Shown in pieces: positions 48,637 to 57,546 of a stretch of DNA of 64,000 bases. The notes below the pieces were generated by a model. That model did not search any database. It saw nothing but the letters and a program-made list of their open reading frames with translations, and was not told where the DNA came from. Where the stretch lies: assembly GCA_965204115.1 (NCBI GenBank), contig OZ241963.1, positions 233,293-297,292 of the forward strand. Reading direction: 5' to 3'. A program made the translations under genes and the position numbers. Position 1 is the first letter of the stretch. The number at the start of each line of letters is the position of its first letter. The stretch comes from Minisyncoccota bacterium. Lineage in GTDB: Bacteria; Patescibacteriota; Minisyncoccia; Phycocordibacterales; JABAAK01.

Positions 48637-48876
48637 ATGGCAGATAGTATTATAATGACAAAACATGATAACGAAGGGGCGCCGTCTTTGTATCGTCGCT
48701 TCGTGAAGCATTTTCGGTCGTCGGGTATTCAAACAGCGGCGAAGCAGAAACGATTTCATGGGCGTAAGCTGTCAAAGAATATTCGGCGGAAAGATTGTTT
48801 GAATCGTTTGACCAAGCGGGTGGCGTATGAAAAGGCGTTTCGTGAGGGGAAGATACCGACATCACATACTAATTAA
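48637..48876 (+). CDS. rpsU: 30S ribosomal protein S21
   Basis: LYRRFVKHFRSSGIQTAAKQKRFHGRKLSKNIRRKD matches the bS21 consensus (RRF...G.....R.FYEKPS..RKR). Confidence 0.7.
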   Translation: MADSIIMTKHDNEGAPSLYRRFVKHFRSSGIQTAAKQKRFHGRKLSKNIRRKDCLNRLTKRVAYEKAFREGKIPTSHTN

Positions 48877-48887
48877 CTACCGCACCG

Positions 48888-49271
48888 ATGGTACACACAC
48901 TCCATATTTTTAATGAAACCAGTGTCCGAATGCCGCGGAAGGCAATGACCGTTGTGTACACTGACCTGCTTAAAAAAACCTGCTCCCTCAATGTTATCGG
49001 CATCGGTAATGTGCGGGCACAAAAACTAAACAAAACCTATCGAGGGAAGGATGTGCCGGCGAATGTGCTTACCTTTCCCCCGAATGATGATGGTGTTGCC
49101 GAGCTCTATGTCAATACTGCAATAGCCGCAAATATGGCAAAAGAACACCACACCTCGCTGAAGCAGGAGATACTCTTCTTCTATGTCCACGGCATACTGC
49201 ATTTACTCGGTTATCGGCATGGTGCGCAAATGGAGATGTTGGAGGATCGGTATATTACAATGTATACATAA
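48888..49271 (+). CDS. ybeY: endoribonuclease YbeY
   Basis: HGILHLLGYRHG matches the YbeY zinc-binding H3xH5xH motif (HGxLHLxGYDH). Confidence 0.75.
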   Translation: MVHTLHIFNETSVRMPRKAMTVVYTDLLKKTCSLNVIGIGNVRAQKLNKTYRGKDVPANVLTFPPNDDGVAELYVNTAIAANMAKEHHTSLKQEILFFYVHGILHLLGYRHGAQMEMLEDRYITMYT

Positions 49272-49284
49272 CTGAAAACATTGT

Positions 49285-50487
49285 ATGAAGCAACGAGAAA
49301 GAAACATCGTTTCGATGGATGTGGGGAATGTGCATATAAAAGTGCTGGTTGGTTCGTATAATGAGCCGGTGCGCATGGCGAAGCCATTTTTTGAACTGCA
49401 GGGCGCGATGGTGCCTGCACGGGGTATATCAAAGCAGGGGGTTATTACCCATAAAAAAAATCTCACGCATACGATGCACCGAGCACTGGATGCACTGACC
49501 TCGTTTTCGGGATATGATATTGACGAAATTCTGCTGTCCTATACCCACCCGAATCTCTCCTTTTTTAAAAAAACAATCGGTTTGACGGACATCAGTAACA
49601 AAAACGGTATTTACATCACCGAGCAGTGGTTGGATGCGCAGAAAGAAAAAATACAAGAACGCATACACCACAATCATCGGCACCGACGGTGTGCTTATTT
49701 CGCTATTGTTTCTCTTGTTGCAGACGGTGAAGAAATTCTCTACGATCCGTATGAATTTACTGCGACAAAATCACTGCACCTGACCTATGTATACCTTTTA
49801 GTGCCGGCGGCATTTTTGGGTGCACTTTTGGAGAGTGCCGAGCATATAGCGGCAGTTCGTGCGGCGCAGCCGGCAGCCGTGGTCAATGGCGCGCTCCTGT
49901 CAGACCGACAGAAAGAGCAGGGTATTGTGGTGTGTGATATCGGCACCGAATTTACCAATGTGACGGTGTATAAGGATGGGGTACTGGCGGGTATCTGTGT
50001 CCTACCATTCGGCGGCAATACTATCACTAATGCGATAGCGCTTTTAAAAAATGTCTCGCCGGAGGAGGCGGAGCAGTACAAGATGGGGCTCGCTATTGAC
50101 GACTCGCCGCTGAAAAAAAAGGATATTCAAAGTATTAACAAAAAAATTGTTCTTGCGCTTAAAAAACATCTCCTTCCTTATCTTAAAGAGATAGACCTGA
50201 AAAAAGATTTTCCCGCAGGCATCATGCTGCTCGGGAAAGGGTCGCTCTACCCCGATTTGTACACGCTGGTGGAAAAGGCGGTTGACCTGCATTCATTCCA
50301 TGCGAAAACACCCTACCATATCCAAAGTCAGCAGCATACCCATCAAACAGCGTGGCATACCGCATATGCAACGCTGTGCAGCGCCCTCGCCCGTCAGGAT
50401 TATGGGAGCATAGATGACTATGAAAAATCCTCTTTTTGGCGGCGATTGGTCAGCTTTTTATACGCAATAACAAAGATATTGCGGTGA
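49285..50487 (+). CDS. ftsA: cell division protein FtsA (actin-like ATPase)
   Basis: N-terminal VSMDVGNVHIKVLVG phosphate-1-like and IVVCDIGTEFTNVTVY phosphate-2-like segments; position immediately upstream of ftsZ. Confidence 0.65.
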   Translation: MKQRERNIVSMDVGNVHIKVLVGSYNEPVRMAKPFFELQGAMVPARGISKQGVITHKKNLTHTMHRALDALTSFSGYDIDEILLSYTHPNLSFFKKTIGLTDISNKNGIYITEQWLDAQKEKIQERIHHNHRHRRCAYFAIVSLVADGEEILYDPYEFTATKSLHLTYVYLLVPAAFLGALLESAEHIAAVRAAQPAAVVNGALLSDRQKEQGIVVCDIGTEFTNVTVYKDGVLAGICVLPFGGNTITNAIALLKNVSPEEAEQYKMGLAIDDSPLKKKDIQSINKKIVLALKKHLLPYLKEIDLKKDFPAGIMLLGKGSLYPDLYTLVEKAVDLHSFHAKTPYHIQSQQHTHQTAWHTAYATLCSALARQDYGSIDDYEKSSFWRRLVSFLYAITKILR

Positions 50488-50542
50488 TGCAAGGTGCGTG
50501 ATTTGATGTTTTTGTTGTGTCGGTGTATAGTATTAATACACT

Positions 50543-51790
50543 ATGAAGAAAGTCATCCCGCCGGAGAGTGAAACTTTTGCCAGAATCCGTGTCATCGGTA
50601 TCGGTGGTTCAGGGAAGAATGCGACCAATCACATGATCAAGGTTGGTATACCGGGTGTTGAGTTCATTGTCGCAAATACCGATTCGCAGGACCTGCAGCA
50701 GTCAAAGGCGGATCGGCAGGTGCACCTCGGCAAGCGCTCAACGCAGGGACTCGGCACCGGCATGAACCCAATGCTCGGCAGATCATCGGCGGAAGAGTCG
50801 CTTTCTGAAATCAGCGAGGTGATTAAGGGTGCGGATATGATTTTCATCGCCTGCGGCATGGGTGGCGGTACCGGCACCGGAGCGGCACCGGTTGTCGCGA
50901 AAGCAGCGCAGGATCTTGGCATCCTCACTGTTTCGGTGGTTACGAAACCATTCACCTTTGAGGGGGGTAAACGGAAACAGATTGCTCAAGAGGGGCTTCA
51001 GGAACTGGCACAGACCACCGACGCAATGGTGACCATACCGAATGACAATATCCTCGCTGCTGCAGCCGACGATACCACTATGGCAGATGCGTTTATGCTG
51101 AGTGATGAGATTCTGTCTCAGGCGGTGAGCGGTATCGCTCAGCTGATTACAAAGCCGGGAGATATTAATATAGATTTTGCTGATGTGCGGGCAATTCTTG
51201 AGAATTCAGGCGCGTCATTGCTTGGTCTCGGATCAGGGCGGGGCGCGAACAAAGCGGAGATAGCGGTTACTCGGGTTGTCTCTTCACCGCTCCTGGAGGT
51301 GTCTATCAATGGTGCGCAGCGGGTCCTTTTCTCTATTGCATCCCGCACCCGATCGGAGGTAACCATGCGTGAAGTGCAGACCATTGCCGAGCAGATATCA
51401 GAAGCGGTTGACCCGAATGCAAAGATTATTTTCGGCACTTCTACGGATAAGGACATGAAGCAGGGAGAGTTGCGTATCACCTTGATAGCAACCGATTTCA
51501 AAGAGTCGGAACCGGAACCGGAGCAGCAAGCACCCACCACTGCTGAAGCAAGCACAGAGCAGGTTGCGACGACACCGGCACCTGAATCACCAAGAAAAAT
51601 TGTGCCGATACAAACGCCGGCAGCGGATATGGGTCATGAACGCCTGAGTGACTATGCTCCGGCGAGTGCCTCGGACACCTTAGACACTAACACTTCAGAT
51701 GATGGTATACTGCTTGATGACGAGTATGTGATGGATAATGAGCAAGATACTAAAAAAACAGGATGGAGAAAACTTTGGGACAAGCATTAG
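50543..51790 (+). CDS. ftsZ: cell division protein FtsZ
   Basis: GIGGSGKNA, GGGTGTGAAPVVA tubulin signature, NTDAQ-like NTDSQDL, and an acidic C-terminal tail. Confidence 0.9.
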   Translation: MKKVIPPESETFARIRVIGIGGSGKNATNHMIKVGIPGVEFIVANTDSQDLQQSKADRQVHLGKRSTQGLGTGMNPMLGRSSAEESLSEISEVIKGADMIFIACGMGGGTGTGAAPVVAKAAQDLGILTVSVVTKPFTFEGGKRKQIAQEGLQELAQTTDAMVTIPNDNILAAAADDTTMADAFMLSDEILSQAVSGIAQLITKPGDINIDFADVRAILENSGASLLGLGSGRGANKAEIAVTRVVSSPLLEVSINGAQRVLFSIASRTRSEVTMREVQTIAEQISEAVDPNAKIIFGTSTDKDMKQGELRITLIATDFKESEPEPEQQAPTTAEASTEQVATTPAPESPRKIVPIQTPAADMGHERLSDYAPASASDTLDTNTSDDGILLDDEYVMDNEQDTKKTGWRKLWDKH

Positions 51791-52701
51791 AAGTCGTAAT
51801 TATTGGCGGTGGTCCTGCGGGTACCGCAGCGGGTGTGTATGCCGCGCGAAAACAGCTGAAAACCGCGCTGGTTGCTGAGTCGTTTGGCGGGCAGAGCGTC
51901 GTCTCCGCTGATGTCAAAAACTGGATCGGCACCCCGAGTATCAGCGGCACTGACCTCGCTGAGTCATTTAAAAACCACCTGCAAGAATATGCCAGTGATC
52001 AATTTTCTATTATTGAAACACGGGTGGAAGCGATAGCAGAGAAAGGCGACATATTTACGGTCACGCTGGCAAACAGTACTACCCTCTCAACGAAAACTGT
52101 TTTTCTCGCTACCGGCTCCACCAGACGAAAACTTGCTGTGCCGGGCGCTGACACCTTTGAGCATAAAGGGCTCACCTATTGCGCCTCCTGTGATGGTCCG
52201 CTTTTCGCAGGTAAGGATGTCGTCGTTATTGGTGGCGGTAATGCCGGCTTTGAAACTGCCGCACAGCTCCTTGCCTATGCAAAAAGTGTCACCCTTCTCC
52301 ACCGCAGTGCTGAGTATACCAAAGCTGACGCGATCACGGTTGAAAAAGTACTCTCTCATCCGAACATGACCGGCATCACGAACGCGCAGACCACTACTGT
52401 CTTTGGCGAAAAATTGGTGCAGGGGCTCACCTATGAAAAAGACGGTAAGGAGCACACCCTCGCTGTTGAAGGCATCTTTGTTGAAATTGGTCTCATCCCG
52501 TCAACAGATATCATCAAAGACCTCGTCTCATTAGACCCGGTCGGCAGGGTTTCCGTTGACCAAAAAACCCAGCAATCATCACACGCCCGCATCTGGGCAG
52601 CCGGCGATTGCACTGATGGACTCTTCCACCAAAACAACATCGCTGCCGGCGATGCCGTTAAAGCCATAGAACACATGTACCTCACGCTTCATACGCAATA
52701 A
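51763..52701 (+). CDS. trxB: thioredoxin-disulfide reductase
   Basis: FAD site VVIIGGGPAGTAAGVYAAR, redox-active CASCDG, NAD(P) site VVVIGGGNAGFETAAQL. Overlaps the ftsZ 3' end by 28 nt. Confidence 0.75.
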   Translation: MEKTLGQALEVVIIGGGPAGTAAGVYAARKQLKTALVAESFGGQSVVSADVKNWIGTPSISGTDLAESFKNHLQEYASDQFSIIETRVEAIAEKGDIFTVTLANSTTLSTKTVFLATGSTRRKLAVPGADTFEHKGLTYCASCDGPLFAGKDVVVIGGGNAGFETAAQLLAYAKSVTLLHRSAEYTKADAITVEKVLSHPNMTGITNAQTTTVFGEKLVQGLTYEKDGKEHTLAVEGIFVEIGLIPSTDIIKDLVSLDPVGRVSVDQKTQQSSHARIWAAGDCTDGLFHQNNIAAGDAVKAIEHMYLTLHTQ

Positions 52702-52723
52702 CACTCAATCCTATGCACAAACA

Positions 52724-54355
52724 CTATTTTTCAAGACGGTATAGGACACGGGCGAGGGTGATGAGTGAGTAGTCGTATTGTTCGTTGCAGTATTCAAAGA
52801 GTGGTTTGAGGTATTCGTCGGTGTGCTGCTCGATTGCCGCGCATACATCGTTATATATCACATCCCAGTTTTTTGGGAGGAGGTGTGCGATATCGGCACG
52901 GCTGAGTTTGCCGTTCTCTGCCAATGTTTCTATATGGCCGCGTACTGTCCCCTCTTGGATGTCGCGCTCGGCGGCAATTTCTTCTAAGACCTTCCCTTCC
53001 TGCAACAGTTCCAGAGTGATGGTGTAGGTGTCTTTCCTTGGTGAGCTGATAGGTCGCATGACGGTTGCTGCCCTATCTTTTTGTATCGCTTCGGGCACTA
53101 CCCCGGCAAATGCCGCCTGTGCTTGTTCGCCCGCTTGTTTAAATATTTTGTCCTGCTCCTGTATGACTGGCGAGACCGCAAGTGATCTTGAGTTTATACC
53201 GCCGACCAGTCGCAACCCCGCTAAACTTCGCACCCGGGAAAGCGCGACATACCCCTGCCCTTCCACGAATACGCGGGAGAGGTTTATTTCCGCCGCGTCC
53301 AGCGACGCTCCCTGACTCTTATGTATGGTGATAGACCAAGCGAGCCGCAATGGTACCTGTCGGAGGGCGGCTATCCGCTCGCCGCCATCGTGCATTTCCC
53401 ACAGCATCTGCCCGGCGATGATTTTCCTGCCGTCAAAGGTCTCCACCATCGGTAATCCTTCTTGGTCAAACCCCGTCACCGTACCCAGCGTTCCGTTGAC
53501 AAATGCCTGCTGAGGATCATTCTTGGTAAACATCACCACCGCTCCTTCTTTTATCGCCAGCACTTCCGGTGATATGCACCCTTTCACCATCGCTTCAACC
53601 GCCGCTTTCGGTCCTTCTTTTTCCATAGTGAACACCCGCTGCTCACCCGGTAGCGCATCAAGCCGAGCTGTGTTGTCCTGATCCACTTCACGGTTGTGCG
53701 AGTGGAGGATTGTTGGTTCTTGCCCGCTGTTTGTAATACTGTCCTGCACTTGTAGGAGTGTGTAATGCTCTTCTGTTAGTGCGCCATTTCGGATTGCGCG
53801 CAGGAGATCAAGAAATGCATCATCTTCCTGCCGGTACTGCTCGGTGAGATAGCTCACCTGCAGATCCGCCCGATCCCATACCTCTGACTGAAACGCATAC
53901 GGCACATTGTTGTCGCGGGATATTGGCGGCAGCTGAAAAAAATCGCCGACCAACACCACCTGCATACCACCGAACGGGCGAGTGTCTAACCGCACAGCAC
54001 GAAACAGCGCATCCAACGAATCAAGTATTTGCCCGTTCAGCATGGATATTTCATCAATAATCAGCACATCGGTGTCGCTGATCCGCCGAGCGCTTTTCCC
54101 CCGCTGAATAATCTGTGCAATATCTTCCTGCCCCAACACATCTCGCACACCAATCCCGCTCCATGAGTGTATTGTTCTGCCGCCTAAGTGACTCGCCGCG
54201 ATGCCGGTGGAGGCAGTAACCGCGACCTCCTTCCCTTTTTCCTGCAGCCATGCGATGTAGTCGCCGATGGTGTGTGTTTTTCCTGCCCCGGGTTCACCGG
54301 TCAAAAAAACATTGCTGCCTGACTGTAATACTGCCATCGCACATTGTTGGTCCAT
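52724..54355 (-). CDS. Pif1/RecD-family ATP-dependent DNA helicase with a C-terminal HTH domain
   Basis: Walker A FLTGEPGAGKTHT, Walker B LIIDEISML, downstream SF1B motifs, and a C-terminal helix-turn-helix-like segment. Confidence 0.65.
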   Translation of the reverse strand: MDQQCAMAVLQSGSNVFLTGEPGAGKTHTIGDYIAWLQEKGKEVAVTASTGIAASHLGGRTIHSWSGIGVRDVLGQEDIAQIIQRGKSARRISDTDVLIIDEISMLNGQILDSLDALFRAVRLDTRPFGGMQVVLVGDFFQLPPISRDNNVPYAFQSEVWDRADLQVSYLTEQYRQEDDAFLDLLRAIRNGALTEEHYTLLQVQDSITNSGQEPTILHSHNREVDQDNTARLDALPGEQRVFTMEKEGPKAAVEAMVKGCISPEVLAIKEGAVVMFTKNDPQQAFVNGTLGTVTGFDQEGLPMVETFDGRKIIAGQMLWEMHDGGERIAALRQVPLRLAWSITIHKSQGASLDAAEINLSRVFVEGQGYVALSRVRSLAGLRLVGGINSRSLAVSPVIQEQDKIFKQAGEQAQAAFAGVVPEAIQKDRAATVMRPISSPRKDTYTITLELLQEGKVLEEIAAERDIQEGTVRGHIETLAENGKLSRADIAHLLPKNWDVIYNDVCAAIEQHTDEYLKPLFEYCNEQYDYSLITLARVLYRLEK

Positions 54356-54400
54356 AGCACTTATAGTATACAGACGCAGTTAAAAACCAGCAAGCGCTGT

Positions 54401-55750
54401 TTAGTAGCTCTCCAGCTTTTTTAGTTCGGTGTGTGTCCGGAGTTTCTCAAGAGCGCGGGACTCAATTTGCCGTACCCGTTCTCGGGTGACACCGAGTGCC
54501 ACGCCGATTTGCTCTAGGGTGTGCTGTATCCCGTCCTGCAAACCATGCCGCATTTCTATCACTTGCCGCTCCCGCTGGGAGAGGTCCTTAAGAATACCCT
54601 GCACCTGATCTTTCAGGATGTCTTTCGCGACCATTTTTTCTTGCGTTTCCTGGTCGTGATCCTCAACGGTATCGGAGATACGGGTGTTCCCCTCCTCATC
54701 ACTGCCGCCCAATGGTCGCTCTAATTGTACAATGTCTTGCGATATCCTTCGTATCATATATACCTTTTCCGGATCAATACCGAGCTCGGTTGCCACCTCC
54801 TGCACCGTCGGTGTGCGTCCTAAGTCTTTTTCCAGTTGCACCATTGCTTTCTGGTAACGCTGGGTTGTCTCGGACATATGCACCGGTATGCGGATGGTTC
54901 GTGATTTATCCGCCAGACCCCGAACGATTGACTGCTTAATCCACCAGGTCGCATAGGTTGAAAATTTGAAACCGCGCTGCGGCTCAAACTTATCTACTGC
55001 CTTATACAAACCCTCTGATCCTTCCTGCACCAAATCAAGCAAGCTGAGATCGCGGCTTCTGCCGGCGTAGTTTTTCGCGATAGAAACGACCAACCGCAAA
55101 TTAGCAGTCGCCAGTTTATTACGCGCCTCAAGCCCCTCTTCTAATATCTTCTTTTCTTTTGCCGGAGTCAGCCGCTTTCTGTTCCTCTTCTCTACTATAT
55201 CCCGCCTTGCCATTATCTTTTTTCCGAGCTCCTGCTCCTCTTTCGCGTTTAACAGCGGATACTTTCCGATATCCCGCAAGTACATCTGTATGGAGTCATA
55301 TGAAGAGGAATCAAATTCAGGGAATCTCGGATCCGATTCTAAGCTCACCTCTTGTAATAATCCTTCATTCTCCACCAAATCGACACAGCTTGTTTTTAGC
55401 ACGCCTTCAATGCAGCCCCATATATCGCCGGTGTTATCACACTCCTCTAGCCCGATATACTCTAATACCTCTTCTGAGGTCACATACCCCTTGCTCTTAC
55501 ACTTGCTGATCATGCTCTTGATTTTTTTCCGGTACTTGTTCGGAATTGATTCATACAACTTCTTCTCGTGCTGCGCACTGTCAATTAAATCCTCAAGTGT
55601 TTCCACCGGCTTGGTATGCTGCTTTTTTACCGCTTTTTTTACTTTCTTTGCCGTGCGCTTCTTTTTCACACCCACCGAACGCTTCTTTTTTACTGTTCGT
55701 GTTTTCTTCTTCGCAGCCGGCTTTCTTTTTTTACTCGCTTTTTTTTTCAT
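54401..55750 (-). CDS. rpoD: RNA polymerase sigma-70 factor RpoD with a Lys-rich N-terminal tail
   Basis: Region 1.2 YLRDIGKYPLL, region 2 TYATWWIKQSI, region 4 LEQIGVALGVTRERVRQIESRAL. The first ~45 residues are K/R-rich. Confidence 0.85.
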   Translation of the reverse strand: MKKKASKKRKPAAKKKTRTVKKKRSVGVKKKRTAKKVKKAVKKQHTKPVETLEDLIDSAQHEKKLYESIPNKYRKKIKSMISKCKSKGYVTSEEVLEYIGLEECDNTGDIWGCIEGVLKTSCVDLVENEGLLQEVSLESDPRFPEFDSSSYDSIQMYLRDIGKYPLLNAKEEQELGKKIMARRDIVEKRNRKRLTPAKEKKILEEGLEARNKLATANLRLVVSIAKNYAGRSRDLSLLDLVQEGSEGLYKAVDKFEPQRGFKFSTYATWWIKQSIVRGLADKSRTIRIPVHMSETTQRYQKAMVQLEKDLGRTPTVQEVATELGIDPEKVYMIRRISQDIVQLERPLGGSDEEGNTRISDTVEDHDQETQEKMVAKDILKDQVQGILKDLSQRERQVIEMRHGLQDGIQHTLEQIGVALGVTRERVRQIESRALEKLRTHTELKKLESY

Positions 55751-56129
55751 TATCTTCTCTTAAAAGTCCGTTACAAATATGTAGATTTATTGTATCATAT
55801 TCACTCCTACCACGCAGACATCATTTCTGGAAAACTTCTGGAAAACCCCTCCCGCCCACATTATCAAAAAACTCCTACCTCACTTGACATCTATACATTT
55901 TATAGCATGCTACGAGCAACTCAAACTTGGTTTTTATACGGTCACTAAAAATTATTTTCATTATGTAAAAAAGAAAATCCCCTCGGCTGACCGAGGTTGT
56001 TCGTAATAAATTATTAGAACTCTCTTTGTCTAACCGAGGGGTTGTGAGAACACCCTCTGATGTTACTTTCTCTTTTGAGAAAGATAGAGAGTGCATAAAG
56101 AATATTGCTGCTGCCCCTGAGCAGTTAAT

Positions 56130-56525
56130 TCTTCAAGTGGCTTTCGGCCACCACAAAACAGCGTAAGCTGTCTGACAACACGAGGCTGTCGTATAGAGTA
56201 ACTACAATGAGTTACTACAAACGGGGTAAACTGTTCGGCAACACGAGGTCGCCGGTAGTATCGTGGCTTTCGACCACGAGCAGTATAGAGCCGCTTAACA
56301 GCACCGAGGTGTTTTTGATCATTATGGTTTTGAATCACAATGACAGGGTAAGTTATTTCAGCAACGCAAGGTTTCTTCTCTCATGGCTTTCACCACGAAG
56401 TGCTTACCGTCCATTGAGATAACACGAGGTTATCTGAATGTCGTGGCTTTTTAGAACCACGAACAGCTAACTGTCTGACAGCAGATGACTGCCGTCTTAT
56501 CATTGCGGCTTTCGGCCACACGGTA
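56130..56525. repeat. array of at least 5 imperfect tandem repeat units, each with a GTGGCTTTCG(G/A)CCAC-type hairpin and an upstream (A)ACACGAGG box
   Basis: Hairpins at 56137-56151, 56263-56279, 56383-56399, 56442-56462, 56506-56520. ACACGAGG-like boxes at ~56180, ~56243, ~56303, ~56365, ~56423. Spacing is irregular (~60 or ~125 nt). Confidence 0.5.
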
Positions 56526-57098
56526 ACAGAATAAATCTTGTTACCCAGTAACAGTAGTGTGTTGTACACTTCAAATTTTTTGAAGTGCTGTTGTTGTTGT
56601 GTTACATCATAAAACTAATTATAATGTTAATGTGAAAGAACAGTTTGCAAGAGAAAGAAAATTTTTCTTGCAAAGGATCAATTGCAGGGTAAGCAGGCTC
56701 CACCCATCCGGCGTTACGCCGACGTTATGGTGGATGCGTGCGCTTATTGTGTTGTACCCGTTTATCGCAATCAAGTACTTAATTATATATAAGTGCTTGT
56801 GCAGCATGGTTGCTTTTTGCAATCTCTTGCTGCGAATAATTGTGATTTTTTCCAGGCAACTTTTACATTCCCTGTCTGATAAATATATTAAACCATATAT
56901 CACCTGCCTGACAACTCTATGTGGAAAACGGTGCCTACCGCCGAAAGCAACTCAAAAATACCGTGTAATTATGGATGATTTTTACCTCTATCTCCGCATG
57001 GTCATTACCCTTCACTTATACCCTGTTGCAGGTCGCCGGAGGATGCCATGATTCGGGTCCTCATTATATGTATAAAAATATGCAATACTACACACACC

Positions 57099-57171
57099 GC
57101 CATCTTAGCTCAGTCGGTAGAGCACTCCCATGGTAAGGGAGAGGTCGCCGGTTCAAATCCGGCAGATGGCT
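57099..57171 (+). tRNA. tRNA-Thr (anticodon GGT)
   Basis: Acceptor GCCATCT/AGATGGC, D-arm GCTC-AGTCGGTA-GAGC, anticodon stem CTCCC/GGGAG with loop ATGGTAA, T-arm GCCGG-TTCAAAT-CCGGC. Confidence 0.8.
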
Positions 57172-57221
57172 CAACGCTGTCGGCAGCTTGTGGTATACTG
57201 AATGCACTTACAGAAAGTAGT

Positions 57222-57455
57222 ATGAGTATTCAATTTGTTATACAGGCAGTTCAGGTTACCAGTGCGATCTTGCTGATCATTGCTGTGCTTTTGCAGCGAG
57301 GGGAGGCGAATGTTGGGAGTGCGTTTGGTGGTGGTGATATTTCTGAGACCGGCAATGCAAAGCGACGAGGGTCGGAGAGAGTTGTGTTCATAGCAACATT
57401 TGTTATTGCGATAATCTTTGTTGCCAGTATCATCTTCCCATTCATTGTCGGTTAG
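57222..57455 (+). CDS. secG: preprotein translocase subunit SecG
   Basis: ILLIIAVLLQRGEANVGSAFGGGD matches the SecG LLQ.GKG.G...FGGG signature; a second TM helix follows. The track ORF starts at 57048 and overlaps the tRNA; ATG at 57222 is the likely start. Confidence 0.65.
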   Translation: MSIQFVIQAVQVTSAILLIIAVLLQRGEANVGSAFGGGDISETGNAKRRGSERVVFIATFVIAIIFVASIIFPFIVG

Positions 57456-57546
57456 CTGACGATGCATCATAATCCGTTTGTAGGTGCGGTATACTGCAAG
57501 AGCAGATGGATTTATTGACCCCTTATTGTTAATGCGCATTAGCACA

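Noticed and set aside
56130-56525. Possible CRISPR array (repeated hairpin-containing units in a non-coding region)
   Set aside because: Repeat units are imperfect, spacing is irregular (~60 or ~125 nt), there are no uniform spacers, and no cas genes are anywhere in the window.
56599-57051. 150-aa plus-strand ORF and 94-aa minus-strand ORF in the AT-rich region between the repeat array and tRNA-Thr
   Set aside because: AT-rich sequence with hairpins and no RBS or recognisable protein features. The plus ORF runs into the tRNA-Thr promoter region. More likely non-coding.
57048-57221. N-terminal 58 codons of the track ORF that contains secG
   Set aside because: This extension overlaps tRNA-Thr. 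SecG homology begins at MSIQF (ATG 57222), preceded by a TATACT -10-like element.
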